From Nitrosopumilus sp. (lineage in GTDB: Archaea > Thermoproteota > Nitrososphaeria > Nitrososphaerales > Nitrosopumilaceae): a stretch of 64,000 bases of DNA. The notes beneath the pieces are model-generated. The model had not been told where the DNA came from and did no database searches. It was given only the letters and a program-made list of their open reading frames with translations. This document shows positions 10,099-19,832 of this stretch, one piece after another (position 1 is the first letter of the stretch; the number at the start of each line of letters is the position of its first letter). The translations under genes and the position numbers were made by a program. The stretch covers positions 1,120,001 through 1,184,000 of the forward strand of contig OZ242186.1 in assembly GCA_965205675.1 (NCBI GenBank), in the 5' to 3' direction.

Positions 10099-10809
10099 AT
10101 GGCTAATCCAAGAGCATATCTTGCAGAAGCAATTGCAACTTATGGTTTGGTATTCTTTGGTCCTCTTTCAGTAATTCTTGCAGTTTCTGCATTTGGCGAA
10201 GAATTGACAACACAATCTGTATTGTTCATTTCGCTTGGACACGGCGGTGCCATTGCTTTGATGGTTTATGCATTCGGACATGTTTCTGGTGCTCACATTA
10301 ACCCTGCAGTTACCATTCCTATGATGATTACAAAAAAAATCGGAATTGTAGATGGAGTTGGATATATTATTTCACAATTAATTGGCGCTGTAGCCGCAGC
10401 TGCAACCCTTATGGTAATCTTACCTGAACTTGGTGCAAGAGTTAACTTTGCAACTCAAGGCGGTCCAAGTGATTTAATCAATAATAGTGTGGGTTCTGGA
10501 TTTGCAATTGAGGCAATCTTGACATTCTTCTTAGTAACTGTAATCTTTATGACAGCGGTTCACAAAAAAGCGTCTCCAGGATTACATGGATTATCAATTG
10601 GCGGTATGGTATTTCTAATTCACTTGATTGCCGTACCATTAACTGGCGCATCTGTAAATCCTGCAAGAACATTTGGTCCTGCATTAATTTCCGGATTCTG
10701 GGAATTTCATTGGTTATATTGGGCAGCCCCAATTTTGGGGGGAATTATTGCAGGTCTGATAATGAATTATGTTTATACCAAACCTGCAGAAAAAGAAGTA
10801 CAATCCTAA
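10099..10809 (+). CDS. Aquaporin (MIP family)
   Basis: SGAHINPAVT and GASVNPARTFGP; start placed at MANPRAYL. Confidence 0.93.
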   Translation: MANPRAYLAEAIATYGLVFFGPLSVILAVSAFGEELTTQSVLFISLGHGGAIALMVYAFGHVSGAHINPAVTIPMMITKKIGIVDGVGYIISQLIGAVAAAATLMVILPELGARVNFATQGGPSDLINNSVGSGFAIEAILTFFLVTVIFMTAVHKKASPGLHGLSIGGMVFLIHLIAVPLTGASVNPARTFGPALISGFWEFHWLYWAAPILGGIIAGLIMNYVYTKPAEKEVQS

Positions 10810-10842
10810 CATTTTTAAAAATTTAAACTTTAATTTTTCTAT

Positions 10843-11280
10843 ATGACTTTTGCTGAAGATATTTCTAAAATGTTTGAGGATGAATCTCAAAAACTTGTAG
10901 TTTTGCTTGATACTGCATACTCAAAAACTGATATGAATATTCATGAAATTGTTGAGACATACTATCAAATCATGAATGTCTCGTCTATGACTATAATGCT
11001 GAAACAACAATCTAGTCTTGAGCCTAAGGAACTAATGGAAAAAATTTCACAAATTGAAAATTTAATTTCTGAAAGATTTGACTCTGTTATTCATCCAAAA
11101 ATTATGGCAAAATTATCCAAATCTATTCAAAACTTGACAAAGAATTTACAATCTGGAAATTCTATTGAAAAGTCAAAAGAACAAACAGAATTAGATGCAA
11201 AGTTGTTTGATGAATTGCGTCAAACAATGAGTACTAAAGAATTTGTTGAACAATACGAGAATGGAATTTCCCATGATTAA
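10843..11280 (+). CDS. Hypothetical helical protein
   Basis: 145-aa ORF overlapping the next gene start. Confidence 0.7.
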   Translation: MTFAEDISKMFEDESQKLVVLLDTAYSKTDMNIHEIVETYYQIMNVSSMTIMLKQQSSLEPKELMEKISQIENLISERFDSVIHPKIMAKLSKSIQNLTKNLQSGNSIEKSKEQTELDAKLFDELRQTMSTKEFVEQYENGISHD

Positions 11281-12094
11281 AGAACTTGCAAAAAAATTGG
11301 TTGAACTAAAAAAAGAATTTGTTCAAATCTATGATGGTAATAGTCAAATGCAAGAAATAATTCCAAAATCTAAATCGGAATTATTCCCAATAGAGCAATC
11401 TCACTTAGAATTGCTACATAAATTTGTAGCAAAGAATCCTATCTACTATAATTCCTTTGAAAAACAAATCAATTCTATTGATTGTGTCGTATATGAAGGT
11501 GACATTAACAAATATTGGTTAAACAGTATCCAACACGGTTCAAGTAAAGCTCCTTTTTCACCCACGTGGATCCTGTCTGCTTATATTGGTTCGTTATTTG
11601 CAAAAGAATTGAGATATTCTGAAATAATTGATATTGGTTCTGGTGATGGCCGTATTGCATTTTGTGCAAAAATCTTAGACATGACTTCTTACAGTATAGA
11701 ACTTGATGATATGCTTGTAGCTTTACAAAATACTCTGACTTCTATATTGGATTTTCATCCAATCTGTTCTGATGCTGTATCTTTTGATTACTCTTCTTTG
11801 AATCTAGCATGTCCAATATTTTTCATCGGGGGCTTGGCACAAATGGGCGGGGTTTCGCTTGCAACTGGAGTTTTAAATAAAGTCAATTCTATTTCTACTC
11901 TCAAGAAAAAAATTGGTTGGGCGTTTCCTGGAACCCTATCCAAAAAATATACTCTTGATCCAAAAAATGAGGCAGGGTGGGGAACTTTAATTGAAGGCAA
12001 TCATCTCAAATTTGTTCAGAGTGTTTCATTGCCCACTGCTTGGACATTTCATGACTCTGATGATACTCCATATATTTTTGCAAAATCTAACTAA
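11273..12094 (+). CDS. Putative SAM-dependent methyltransferase
   Basis: IIDIGSGDGRIA motif I; SIELD. Confidence 0.7.
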   Translation: MIKELAKKLVELKKEFVQIYDGNSQMQEIIPKSKSELFPIEQSHLELLHKFVAKNPIYYNSFEKQINSIDCVVYEGDINKYWLNSIQHGSSKAPFSPTWILSAYIGSLFAKELRYSEIIDIGSGDGRIAFCAKILDMTSYSIELDDMLVALQNTLTSILDFHPICSDAVSFDYSSLNLACPIFFIGGLAQMGGVSLATGVLNKVNSISTLKKKIGWAFPGTLSKKYTLDPKNEAGWGTLIEGNHLKFVQSVSLPTAWTFHDSDDTPYIFAKSN

Positions 12095-12132
12095 TAGTAA
12101 TCCAAATTAAGCGTAAATTTCCAAAACTTTTC

Positions 12133-12207
12133 GGACTCGTTGCATAGCTTGGATAGTGCGATTGCTTGCGGAGCAATAGGTCGCCGGTTCGAATCCGGTC
12201 GGGTCCG
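12133..12207 (+). tRNA. tRNA-Arg(GCG)
   Basis: Acceptor GGACTCG/CGGGTCC, anticodon stem ATTGC/GCAAT with loop TTGCGGA, T-arm GGTTCGAATCC; no encoded CCA. Confidence 0.95.
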
Positions 12208-12361
12208 TATGATTTTTTACATAATATGAAAATGATACTTGCATCATATTGTGATCTACTACATTCAACTCATTTCAATACTCCCCAATACATCAAAATT
12301 TGGAGTGGACCCCTGTTTTTAGTACCACTTTTTGCATAATCTTACATACAGTCTGATTCAT

Positions 12362-13183
12362 TTATGTTTTCATCTCCCATAACTCCATGAATTCATCAGG
12401 TATAAGATATCCCAATGCAGAATGAATCCTGGAACCATTGTAATCGATTCGTGCTTTCTCTAGAGCAACTTCGGCTTCCTGATAGTTTGCAAACTCGTAC
12501 CTCCACAAGTATTCCTTCTTGAGTGTTTTGTGGAATGATTCGACATGTCCGTTTTGTTCTGGCGTGTGGTGCCAGATGAATTCGTGTCTTATTCCAAGTA
12601 GAACAACTGCTTTTCTGAAATCTCGGCTGTTGTATTGCGAACCGTTGTCCGTTCTGAGAATCAGTTTTGTGCAATCAGGCTTTGCAGTAGCTACTGCATT
12701 AATGATGCTGTCAATTGCAGTGCTCTTTGGAGCTGCCACATCAAATGAATGCCAAATCCATTTCCTGCTAAATGCATCAATCACGTTAAAGCAGTAGCAC
12801 CATCTGTCAACCCCACACCAGACATATGTGATGTCTGTCTGCCACAACTGGTTTGGTGCATCAGGCTTGAATAATGTTCTGGCAGATTTGATGATGTCAT
12901 TTTTGGTCTTTTTAGGCTCAATCCAGCCCAATTTGTGAAATATTCTTCTGATTTGTTTTCTGTTTACAGGCTTGTTCAGTTCCCTTGAGACTTGGGATGC
13001 CATGCGTCTGGTTCCATAAGTTGGCCTTTGTTTTCCAATCTTTTGAACTACATCAGTTACTGCAGGATCTGTCTGAATCCTTCTTGGTGACTTTGAGTAA
13101 TACCATTTGGATTTTGAGACTCCAATTAATAACAATGACTTGTTCAAACTGATGTGTTTGTTCAGTTGATTCACTGCAGTCAT
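12362..13183 (-). CDS. IS3 transposase OrfB (DDE integrase core)
   Basis: YGTRR, PNQLWQTDITY, RTDNGSQY, PEQNGHVESFHKTLK, HSALGY. Confidence 0.93.
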   Translation of the reverse strand: MTAVNQLNKHISLNKSLLLIGVSKSKWYYSKSPRRIQTDPAVTDVVQKIGKQRPTYGTRRMASQVSRELNKPVNRKQIRRIFHKLGWIEPKKTKNDIIKSARTLFKPDAPNQLWQTDITYVWCGVDRWCYCFNVIDAFSRKWIWHSFDVAAPKSTAIDSIINAVATAKPDCTKLILRTDNGSQYNSRDFRKAVVLLGIRHEFIWHHTPEQNGHVESFHKTLKKEYLWRYEFANYQEAEVALEKARIDYNGSRIHSALGYLIPDEFMELWEMKT

Positions 13184-13470
13184 CTTTTCTGGTTCTCCAA
13201 CGTTTTTTTTAAAATGTCATTGGCAATTGTGATCTCGCCGATTAGTTTTTTGAGGGAATCATTTTCCTTTTGCAGATTCTTGCAGACATCTCCGTTTGGT
13301 GTGCCATTTAATGATGCCTTGCAACCTTCTACAAATCGTTCCCTCCATTGGCAGAATGTCTGTGGATGAATATTGTACTTTCTGCACAACTCTGCAGTTG
13401 CAATGTTTGTGTTTAGTGACTCTAAAACCACTCTTGACTTTTCTGCTGATGTGAATTTGCTCTTTACCAT
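13180..13470 (-). CDS. IS3 transposase OrfA (HTH)
   Basis: AELCRKYNIHPQTFCQW plus leucine-zipper-like segment; ATGA overlap with OrfB; A8 run at 13203-13210. Confidence 0.9.
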   Translation of the reverse strand: MVKSKFTSAEKSRVVLESLNTNIATAELCRKYNIHPQTFCQWRERFVEGCKASLNGTPNGDVCKNLQKENDSLKKLIGEITIANDILKKTLENQKR

Positions 13471-13899
13471 GAGGGTAAGCCTCCCAAGTTATCTGAAAAG
13501 TGTATGTATGGGACTGGTCCTACTCTAGAGGGGACCAGACCAAATTGATGCCAAGTAAACAAGTTCCAGATAATTCTCGCAATTCTTTTCATATCTTATT
13601 GCAGTTCTTGCAGAATCCACACTTGAGCCATGCAAAGAATCTCTCCACAGCATAACAAATCTTGTTATATTTTTTGTATGATTTATTTTTTGTTGCTCCG
13701 TCATTATTTTTTCTAAATGAAACACATGTATTCAATAACAAAAATTCATCACCCTATTTTGAACTCGATTTACATACATTGTAGATTCAAGTTTAAATTT
13801 CAGGAATTAGCATAATTTGGAAGATTTTGGGTCATGAATATTTGTTAGACAGTATAGTATTTCGGGATCTGAGTATCTCGTTTGTTATCTTTTTGGCAT

Positions 13900-14090
13900 A
13901 ATACACATCAGATGGCGTCTCCATCTTATCTAGATTCAGTGTATCATGTGGTCTTGTGTGGTTGTACCAATACATAAACTGCCACTGATTCAAAGTATTT
14001 TATCTTACACTCAAAGACATCCCAAAACTTTTCTAATTTGCCATTTGTCTGCAGATGTCTCACTCTTGTATGTGGATGCTTTACATGGTT
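13900..14090 (-). pseudogene. Integrase-core transposase remnant (IS481-like)
   Basis: Minus-strand fragments RVRHLQTNGKLEKFWDVFE and FMYWYNHTRPHDTLNL separated by a frameshift. Confidence 0.65.
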
Positions 14091-14309
14091 TCTCATTAGT
14101 TATTGTTCAAAGTCTACTGGCTTGTTATGATCCAAGGGTTTTACATTTGACATGATTATTCATTGAATAAAATTATGGTAATGGTTCATGCCCTCTTTTA
14201 TATCCTGAAAATTTACGATATTCGTAATCAGTTAGTGGTGTTTGACATCCGCATTTACAAAATGTTTTCATGGTTTTTATAGATTCCACACATACAAAAA
14301 GTTTAGGAA

Positions 14310-14385
14310 TCTATCTGAGACTTGGGCATAATTGATTCTATTTTTAGTCATCTCTTAAATTATTCAAATAAAAAAACTAAGGATT
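14310..14385 (-). repeat. Dispersed ~80-bp repeat, also at 52420-52500 (probable IS-end remnant)
   Basis: ATCCTTAG...TTTGAATAATTT...TAGAATCA.TTATGC.CAAGTCTCAGATA in both places. Confidence 0.7.
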
Positions 14386-14641
14386 TTTACATCCTTATTT
14401 CATTACAACATGAAAAATATGAAAATCCTTGAGCAAAATTCTATCTGAATTCTTGACTTTCTGGTCTTTTAATTTCATTATCCACCTTATCTTTTTATCA
14501 CCTAATTTTACCATAGATATGCCAGTGTATTTTCATATACGATAGTATGGCCATAATACTTTCCTAGTTAAGGGGTGAACTAATTTGAGGATAATAGAAG
14601 ATCAACAATATAGAAAAATGAAAATAAAGGATGTTGTTGAA

Positions 14642-15256
14642 TTAGAAACCTTTTGGAAGAGTGCCTTTTGCAGGTTTTGGTGGTTCTGGAGGTGGTGCTT
14701 GTTGTGTTTGAGTTTGTGCACTTGCACCTTCAACTGACATATTGACTCCACTAAAACTTCCAAATGTTTTATCAGATGGATGATATGCTAGTCTTGCTCT
14801 TGTTGCATAGTACTGGTTTGAGACTGCTGTGTAACCAGTCACTGTTGATTTTTGATCATTCCAGTTTGTAGTTGGAACTTTTCCTACAGGAGCAGTTAAT
14901 CTAACAAAGTATCTGTTAGGAGCTGGAGAATAACCTGTGACTTTGGCTCTGTACTGATGGAAATCAGTCATTGCAGCAGTCATGTATGCATTCTCTAATG
15001 CGTCTTGTACAGTTGCGGGAGGCTGTGATGTAGTTTCAGATGGTTTTGGTGTTTCTGCAGGTTTTGCATCCATTCCTTTAGGCAGTGTACCTTTTGGTTT
15101 GGTAGTTGCTACAGGTTTTTCAGCTGGTTTAGTTTCTGCAGGTTTTACTTCAGCTGGTTTTGATGTTAGCTGATTAGAAAGTTGATTTAGCTTTGTTTCT
15201 AATTCGGCAATCTTTTTTTCAAGATCTGCTTTGGTTTGTTTTTTAGCAGCTGCCAT
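14642..15256 (-). CDS. Pro/Lys/Thr-rich repeat protein with GTLPKG[MF] motifs (short paralog B)
   Basis: 204 aa; core identical to 8451-9500, different N-terminal coiled coil, ends GTLPKGF. Confidence 0.85.
   Translation of the reverse strand: MAAAKKQTKADLEKKIAELETKLNQLSNQLTSKPAEVKPAETKPAEKPVATTKPKGTLPKGMDAKPAETPKPSETTSQPPATVQDALENAYMTAAMTDFHQYRAKVTGYSPAPNRYFVRLTAPVGKVPTTNWNDQKSTVTGYTAVSNQYYATRARLAYHPSDKTFGSFSGVNMSVEGASAQTQTQQAPPPEPPKPAKGTLPKGF
14648..15146 (-). repeat. 499-bp inverted repeat, arm 2
   Basis: Reverse complement of 8723-9221. Confidence 0.92.
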
Positions 15257-15352
15257 AATTTGGATGAATAATCCGGGGTTTATTTACATTTGGGTTGATT
15301 ACGCCAACCAATTTTGATCAAGTTTTATATGCTAATTCACATATTTTATCAC

Positions 15353-15727
15353 ATGGATGACTTTGAAAAAGAATTTCCAGATTTCGATTGGAAAAACATA
15401 CCAGCCTACAAACATCCAGGAGGTAAAGATTGTCCATGTCCAAAACATGAATACATTAGAGAACAGATCAATTTCACAAAACAAGTTAATGAAAAAGGCA
15501 AAGAACCATCCAAAATCACTCTAAAATTTTGCCCCGATCATTACAAAGTATACATGGATGAAGTAATTCCGGCAATGCCATTAAAATACAGAATTCTAAC
15601 AAAAATTGCACTAAAGATAGGAGCAATTCAAGTTGAACAATTAAAATACATGGAATCAGAATTATGTTTTTACTGCAAATTCGGATCTGGCGGTCATGAC
15701 AAAAAGACTGAACTTCCACCGATGTAG
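15353..15727 (+). CDS. Hypothetical Cys/His-containing protein
   Basis: CPCPKH, FCPDH, CFYC; start placed at MDDFEK. Confidence 0.7.
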   Translation: MDDFEKEFPDFDWKNIPAYKHPGGKDCPCPKHEYIREQINFTKQVNEKGKEPSKITLKFCPDHYKVYMDEVIPAMPLKYRILTKIALKIGAIQVEQLKYMESELCFYCKFGSGGHDKKTELPPM

Positions 15728-15768
15728 AATCGAGTTAAGCTTATACTTGATCTGACTAGAGAATCAAT

Positions 15769-17214
15769 GTGAGGATAAAAGATATCAGAGATTTTATTGC
15801 AGAGCTTGAAAAACAAGGAGAATTAAAGAGAATCAAAATAAAAGTAGATCCAGATTTAGAAGTTGCTGAAATTATGAGACGAGAAATGTACTCCAATGGA
15901 CCAGCAATACTTTTTGAGAATGTAAAAGGATACGATATGCCAATTTTAGGAAATGCGTTTGGTTCCATGAAAAGACTAGAGATAGGATTAGAGATGACAG
16001 ATTTTACTGAAATTGGTCAGCGTATAGCAGATATGACAAAGATGGATATTCCATCAGGGTTGTTAAATAAAATTAAAAAACTTCCAGAACTTTCTAAAAT
16101 TACTGCATCATTTCCAAAAACAGAAACCAGCGGACCAGTAACAGAGGTTACATCAAAAGATGATGCATCATTTGATGATTTGCCAATTTTAAAATCATGG
16201 CCTGATGATGCAGGTAGATTCATCACGTTAGGATTAGTTGCAACAAAACATCCAGAGACAGGAATTAGAAATCTAGGCGTTTATAGAATGCAAATTGTTG
16301 ATAAAACTCATGCATTAATGCATTGGCAAAAACACAAAAGAGGGGCACAACATAGTGACATTTCAAAAGATAAAGGGGAAAAAATACCAACTGCGATAAT
16401 TATCGGAGGCGAACCAGCCACAATCTTTTCAGCAATTGCACCAGTCCCTGAAGGACTAGACAAATATCTTTTTGCAGGAATTACAAGAAAAGAAGGAATC
16501 AAAACTGTGAAATGTAAAACTATTGATTTAGATGTTCCAGCTAACGCAGAGATTGTTTTAGAAGGATATGTAGATCCTGTAGATATTAGAGATGAAGGCC
16601 CATTTGGAGATCATACAGGATACTATACACCAGTTGAACCATACCCAACATTTACGCTAACAGGGATTATGAGGAGAAAAGATCCAATATACGTTACAAC
16701 AGTGGTAGGAAAACCAATTCTAGAAGATGCATTCATTGGCAAAGTCATTGAACGTTCATTTTTACCATTAATTCAGATGTTTCATCCAGAAGTAATAGAT
16801 TTCAGTATGCCAGCAGCAGGATGGTTCCAAGGATTTGCAATTATCTCAATAAAGAAAAGATATCCAGGTCAAGCAAGAAAAGTCATGATGGGTCTTTGGG
16901 GTATGGGGCAATTATCACTCACAAAGATGTTCGTGGTAGTAGATGGAGACATCAACGTACATGATATCAACGATGTAATCTGGGCTATAACTACAAGATC
17001 AGATGCAGTAAGAGATACAATGATTATCAACAACACACCTACAGACACATTAGATCCAGCATCACCATTAGTGAATCTAGGATCTAAGATGGGAATTGAT
17101 GCAACACAGAAAACCAGAGAAGAGGGATATGAAAGAGAGATTCAACAACAAGTCAAAGTTGATGATAAAACAAAGAATCTAGTAGATTCAAAATGGTCCA
17201 GTTATGGATTATGA
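15769..17214 (+). CDS. UbiD-family decarboxylase (menaquinone biosynthesis, MqnL-like)
   Basis: RNLGVYRMQ, EGPFGDHTGYY, GSKMGIDAT; adjacent to an MqnC-like gene. Confidence 0.92.
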   Translation: MRIKDIRDFIAELEKQGELKRIKIKVDPDLEVAEIMRREMYSNGPAILFENVKGYDMPILGNAFGSMKRLEIGLEMTDFTEIGQRIADMTKMDIPSGLLNKIKKLPELSKITASFPKTETSGPVTEVTSKDDASFDDLPILKSWPDDAGRFITLGLVATKHPETGIRNLGVYRMQIVDKTHALMHWQKHKRGAQHSDISKDKGEKIPTAIIIGGEPATIFSAIAPVPEGLDKYLFAGITRKEGIKTVKCKTIDLDVPANAEIVLEGYVDPVDIRDEGPFGDHTGYYTPVEPYPTFTLTGIMRRKDPIYVTTVVGKPILEDAFIGKVIERSFLPLIQMFHPEVIDFSMPAAGWFQGFAIISIKKRYPGQARKVMMGLWGMGQLSLTKMFVVVDGDINVHDINDVIWAITTRSDAVRDTMIINNTPTDTLDPASPLVNLGSKMGIDATQKTREEGYEREIQQQVKVDDKTKNLVDSKWSSYGL

Positions 17215-18327
17215 TACAGAAATAGGATTGTAAAAATTATCTCTTTCTTCTACTTGATAACCAATTTGGTGAATGGCATCCATAATTATTTTATCGGTAA
17301 GTTCTGTTGAACGTGCGCCAGTACATGAAACAACTTCTTCGCCAATCAGAGTACCACCAAAATCATCAGCACCATATTGTAAGGCAAGTTGAGCCATACC
17401 AACACCATTAGTTAGCCAAGAAGATTGAATGTGGGGAATTAAACCATCAAGAACAAGTCTAGATATTGCAATCATTTTCAAAAGTTGGATTCCGCCAGTA
17501 CCATATTCAACAATGCCTTCTTTATGCATCAAAGTATTGTTTGGTTCAAAATTCCACGGAATAAATGCCATAAATCCCCTAGTTTTCTCCTGAAGTTTTA
17601 CAATTTTTGAAAAGTGTTCAACAATGTCATTGTTATTCTCCACATGGCCATACATCATTGTTGCAGAACCAGGAACGCCAAGAGAATGGGCTTCATCCAT
17701 AATTCTAAGCCAATCATCACTAGATATTTTCTTTGGACTGATGATTTCTTTAATGGAATCAGTTAAAATTTCAGCACCAGCTCCGGGGATAGATTGCAAT
17801 CCCGCATCTTTTAGTCTAGATAGAATTTCTTTGGTTGATGATTTTTCAATTCTTGCAATCATATCAATTTCAGATGTAGATAATCCATGAACCCCTACTA
17901 GAGGGAATTTCTCCCTAATCATTCTAAATGCATCTTCATAATATTCAATCCTTAGATTTGGGTTATGACCGCCCTGAATCAAGATTTGACGAATCTTAAA
18001 CATATCATAAGATGTTTTTACTCTAGATTCAATTTCATCAAGAGTTAACGTGTAAGAATCTTCAGCTCCAGGGGATCTATAAAATGCACAAAACTTACAA
18101 TCAGTAATACAGACATTAGTATAATTTAAAATAATATTATTTACAAAAGATGCTTTTTTGCCAAATTGTTTTCTTGTAAGATGACCAGCAGTAAGACCCA
18201 TCAAATGAACATCATCAGATTCTAACAATCTCAAACAATCCTCAGGTCCAGGTCTTTGACCGTTTAGGGAATTTTCTAAGATATCTTTAATATCGCTTTT
18301 TTGTATCTGTTTGGTTGCTTGACTCAA
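17209..18327 (-). CDS. mqnC: Radical SAM, CofH/MqnC family (cyclic dehypoxanthinyl futalosine synthase-like)
   Basis: NYTNVCITDCKFCAF, QGGHNP, PGAGAEIL, HIQSSW, GADDFGGT. Confidence 0.8.
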   Translation of the reverse strand: MSQATKQIQKSDIKDILENSLNGQRPGPEDCLRLLESDDVHLMGLTAGHLTRKQFGKKASFVNNIILNYTNVCITDCKFCAFYRSPGAEDSYTLTLDEIESRVKTSYDMFKIRQILIQGGHNPNLRIEYYEDAFRMIREKFPLVGVHGLSTSEIDMIARIEKSSTKEILSRLKDAGLQSIPGAGAEILTDSIKEIISPKKISSDDWLRIMDEAHSLGVPGSATMMYGHVENNNDIVEHFSKIVKLQEKTRGFMAFIPWNFEPNNTLMHKEGIVEYGTGGIQLLKMIAISRLVLDGLIPHIQSSWLTNGVGMAQLALQYGADDFGGTLIGEEVVSCTGARSTELTDKIIMDAIHQIGYQVEERDNFYNPISVS

Positions 18328-18884
18328 GTGACATTCATCCTTTGGAATTTCTATTTAATCCTTGATAGAAATAATGAACTACAAAAATTAAACCAAACGA
18401 GAATTTGTGCCCAATTTTAATAAACGCAATTGTAAAATCCCGATTTTGCAACCAGTCTAGAGAAAACAACACAACAAGAAATAGCAGAGACTGAGGATCA
18501 GGCAAGGGAAAGAGGATCTGTTTAACTTTATTTCCTAATTCTTCAATCTAGGTTCAATTACAATCAAAAAAGATTTGGATCGTAATTTCTGCAACAATCC
18601 CATATCGCAGACCAAAAGTACGCCTTACATGGACCATTCCATGCATTACATCCAGATTCTAAGATAGTCTCTAAAGGGCCAGACAAATTAAATAACAACA
18701 AAGTTGGACATTCATTTGTTTACTATACTGATTCATGTGTTATGATAACTGTACTGTTTAGAAATACAGTTGGTGTTGCATATAGGCAATTTTAAGGAAT
18801 TATCAAGGGAATGCTTTGGAAAGAAAATTCTTTGAATTTTTCTCTTACATGCAAGAGAATCATCTTTTTTATTTTAACTAGATT

Positions 18885-19703
18885 CTACTTTTTAGATCTT
18901 GCAATATAAAAATCGGCATAGAAATTACCGTCATCTTCATAATTTTTAGTGTTAATTCCCATGCTATGTAGTAACAAAATAGTCTGTGCTTCTTCTTTAG
19001 GATCAGAAAAACTTCTTTGACGTATTGGTTCTATGTCGCTTTTTACAATAGAGTAGCCATAGATTTTAAAAACTTCTTCAATGTCTTTCATATCAAACAT
19101 TCTAAGAACAGAAAATGCAAAAATTGGAGGAACATATTCTGTTTCTGATTCGTTTGAATTAGATTGTCTATTTTTAATTACTTTTAGTAAATTTAAAAAC
19201 GCCTTATATCCAATATATCCCACACATCCCGTTGCAATCACCATATCAATTTTTGGCAAGGGTTCAAGCAGATTCAATTTTTCATCTTCAAGATCAATAT
19301 TTATGCCCCTCTCACACAAATTCATCTCTTCGGAGAATTTCAAAGCCTCTTCTGAGATATCTATTTGATAGAAATTTATGTTATCATTACTGTTACATTT
19401 TTCGTAGAATTGTTTAATTTCTTTTTTTGTAGGTTCAGAGCCGTCTAAAAAGAAATCACTTAATTCAGACATTGTTAACTTGTATTTTATCAATGATGAG
19501 TTAATACCGTATGAACTTCCTAAATCTAAAATGTTAATGGGTCTAGATAATGTCTCTTCAAGTTGCCCTATGATGGAGTTGTACAACGGTTTTGTAGAAT
19601 CGGATATGAAATATTTCAATCTGTTCATTTCCTTTAGATATCCACATGGAGAATCTTGTGTGTAAATATCTGTAAAATCTTTTTTTACTTTTAATTCATT
19701 CAT
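18885..19703 (-). CDS. Class I SAM-dependent methyltransferase-like protein
   Basis: ILDLGSSYGIN, IDISEEAL, TGCVGYIG. Confidence 0.8.
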   Translation of the reverse strand: MNELKVKKDFTDIYTQDSPCGYLKEMNRLKYFISDSTKPLYNSIIGQLEETLSRPINILDLGSSYGINSSLIKYKLTMSELSDFFLDGSEPTKKEIKQFYEKCNSNDNINFYQIDISEEALKFSEEMNLCERGINIDLEDEKLNLLEPLPKIDMVIATGCVGYIGYKAFLNLLKVIKNRQSNSNESETEYVPPIFAFSVLRMFDMKDIEEVFKIYGYSIVKSDIEPIRQRSFSDPKEEAQTILLLHSMGINTKNYEDDGNFYADFYIARSKK

Positions 19704-19832
19704 CTTGGAGTAGTGTTATAGTTTAACCCTTAATAAAATGCATATAATGATTTAGCCATGAAAATAGAACTTTAGTTATTTTTTATCATTTGGGATAATC
19801 CATTAATACTCTAAGTTGAGGATGTCTTTTAG

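Larger units (their letters stand above)
12301..13542 (-). mobile_element. IS3-family element, apparently intact
   Basis: TG...CA ends with imperfect IRs TGGAGTGGACCCCTG / TGGTCTGGTCCCCTC; 4-bp AATT target duplication. Confidence 0.93.
12266..13735 (-). pseudogene. 3' remnant of an IS5-family element related to 6427-7311, interrupted by IS3
   Basis: 13585-13715 closely matches 6500-6650; reading ENYLELVYLASI|LMYWGVLK* resumes across the IS3; IR-like CAACTCATTTCAATAC at 12266. Confidence 0.8.

Noticed and set aside
12133-14640. Provirus or integrative element at tRNA-Arg
   Set aside because: No duplicated tRNA 3' end, tyrosine integrase or viral genes found
8723-15146. Inverted core as a diversity-generating retroelement TR/VR pair
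   Set aside because: No adenine-specific mismatches seen and no reverse transcriptase in the window
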